Source: Chiloscyllium plagiosum
Lineage: Eukaryota
NCBI RefSeq assembly: GCF_004010195.1
Contig: NC_057746.1
Location: forward strand, 9,486,142 to 9,550,141
Reading direction: 5' to 3'
Length of the DNA: 64,000 nt
The position numbers were made by a program, and so were the translations under genes. Within the stretch, counting starts at the first letter, position 1. The number at the start of each line of letters is the position of its first letter. The notes under the pieces were generated by a model. It had not been told where the DNA came from. It worked only from the letters and a program-made list of their open reading frames with translations, and ran no database searches. Positions 62,980 to 64,000 of the stretch are shown here, one piece after another.

Positions 62980-64000
62980 ATACAATCACAGTGCCATACA
63001 GCAAGGTAACAGACCCTTTGGTAAAATCATCCATGGCGACCAGGTTTATCAAACTAATCCAAACGTTCTTGTATGCATTCAGCCCATATATTACTAAATC
63101 TTTCCTATTCATCTACCTATTCAAATATATTTTAAACGTTGTAACTCTACCTGCATCTAACACTTCCCCTGGCAGTTGATTCCACAAATGAACCACTCTC
63201 TGTGTGAAAAGGTTCTCTATCAGATCTCTTTCATAACTTTCTCCTCACATCTTAAGAAAGTATACCTCCTGGTTTTGAAGGACATTGTCCGAGGGGAAAC
63301 ACCATTGCTATTCATTTTATCTTGCTCCTTGTGATTTTATAAACATCTAAACGGTCACCCCTCAACCTCCTACATTCCAGTGGAAAAAAGTCCCACCCGT
63401 TCCTTGCACCTAAAATGACTCCTCCCCCATTTCCCCTCACCAACCCCAGCAACATCCTTGTAAATGTCTTCTGATTTACTACGCTAATTTAACGGTATCC
63501 ATCCAGTACAAGGTCGACCAGAACTGTACACAATAGTATAAAAGAGGCCTTGCCAACATCTTGTATGACGTCATAACTCCTGCACTGCACTTAATGGTCT
63601 GAGCAATGAATGCAAACGTGCAAAACGCTTTCTTAACCACCCCGTGTACTCTTGATGCTACTTTTAAAAAACTATGTGCCTAAACCTCCAGATCTCTCTG
63701 TTCTACAATACTACACAGGGCTCGACCATTAATTGCATAAGGTCTGCCTTTGCTGTTTTACCAAAATGCAACATATTGGATTTATTCACAAAAAATTCCA
63801 TCTGCGACTGTCCAGTTCATTGGCTCAACTGATCAAGATTTCTTTGTAATCTTAAATACCCATATTCTCTGTTGATATTGCCAATAATTTTATTGTCATC
63901 CATAACGTTCCAACCATGCCTCCTAAATTCTCATCCAAATCATTTATATTAATGACAAGTAAAAGTGGACCCAGCCCGATCCCTATTCACAGTCATCCTA
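62980..64000 (-). mobile_element. Decayed CR1/HER1-like LINE 3' portion
   Basis: Reverse-complement CR1 3' pattern (ccagaactgtacacaat, aaatcatttata...aagtggacccagc). Confidence 0.7.

Larger units (their letters stand above)
47660..64000 (+). repeat. Tandem segmental duplication, copy B (contains GPCR gene 3; runs off the window)
   Basis: Collinear with copy A up to about 45480~63310; differs by several indels. Confidence 0.9.

Noticed and set aside
47660-64000. Copy B as an uncollapsed allelic haplotype of copy A
   Set aside because: Non-coding divergence and old copy-specific insertions are far too large for alleles; only the 1.08 kb tract could be artefactual
1-64000. CRISPR arrays, rRNA/tRNA genes, prokaryotic systems
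   Set aside because: No constant-repeat/unique-spacer arrays or structural RNA genes seen; the sequence is vertebrate with spliceosomal introns

Overview
Eukaryotic, repeat-rich genomic DNA from a cartilaginous fish (shark). The evidence is HE1/V-SINEs, CR1/HER1-like, L2-like, Tx1-like and Penelope-like relics, plus two N-gaps. I reconstructed four spliced genes by hand. (1) A plus-strand non-classical MHC class I heavy-chain gene with alpha1 5048-5308, alpha2 5697-5972, alpha3 6147-6413, TM 14223-14327 and a candidate cytoplasmic exon 19340-19356; the leader exon was not found. It has lost several peptide-anchoring residues, has a hydrophobic predicted groove, and ends in a CD1-like tail (WWRRRRDYSVV*). 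(2-4) Three intact two-exon class A orphan GPCR genes of the GPR139/GPR142-like type with very short N-termini. One is on the minus strand (26063-25994 + 21613-20724) and lies tail-to-tail with the MHC gene. Two are plus-strand paralogues (33974-34043 + 39876-40783 and 55072-55141 + 58117-59024) produced by a ~21 kb tandem duplication that carries a ~1.08 kb near-identical, probably gene-converted tract. Most interesting candidates: a possible lipid-presenting, endosome-sorted CD1-like class I molecule in a shark, and an adjacent diversifying GPR139-like receptor cluster with oppositely charged ligand pockets. Penelope terminal repeats carry minimal hammerhead-ribozyme-like motifs. All coordinates and counts are manual; no searches were run.
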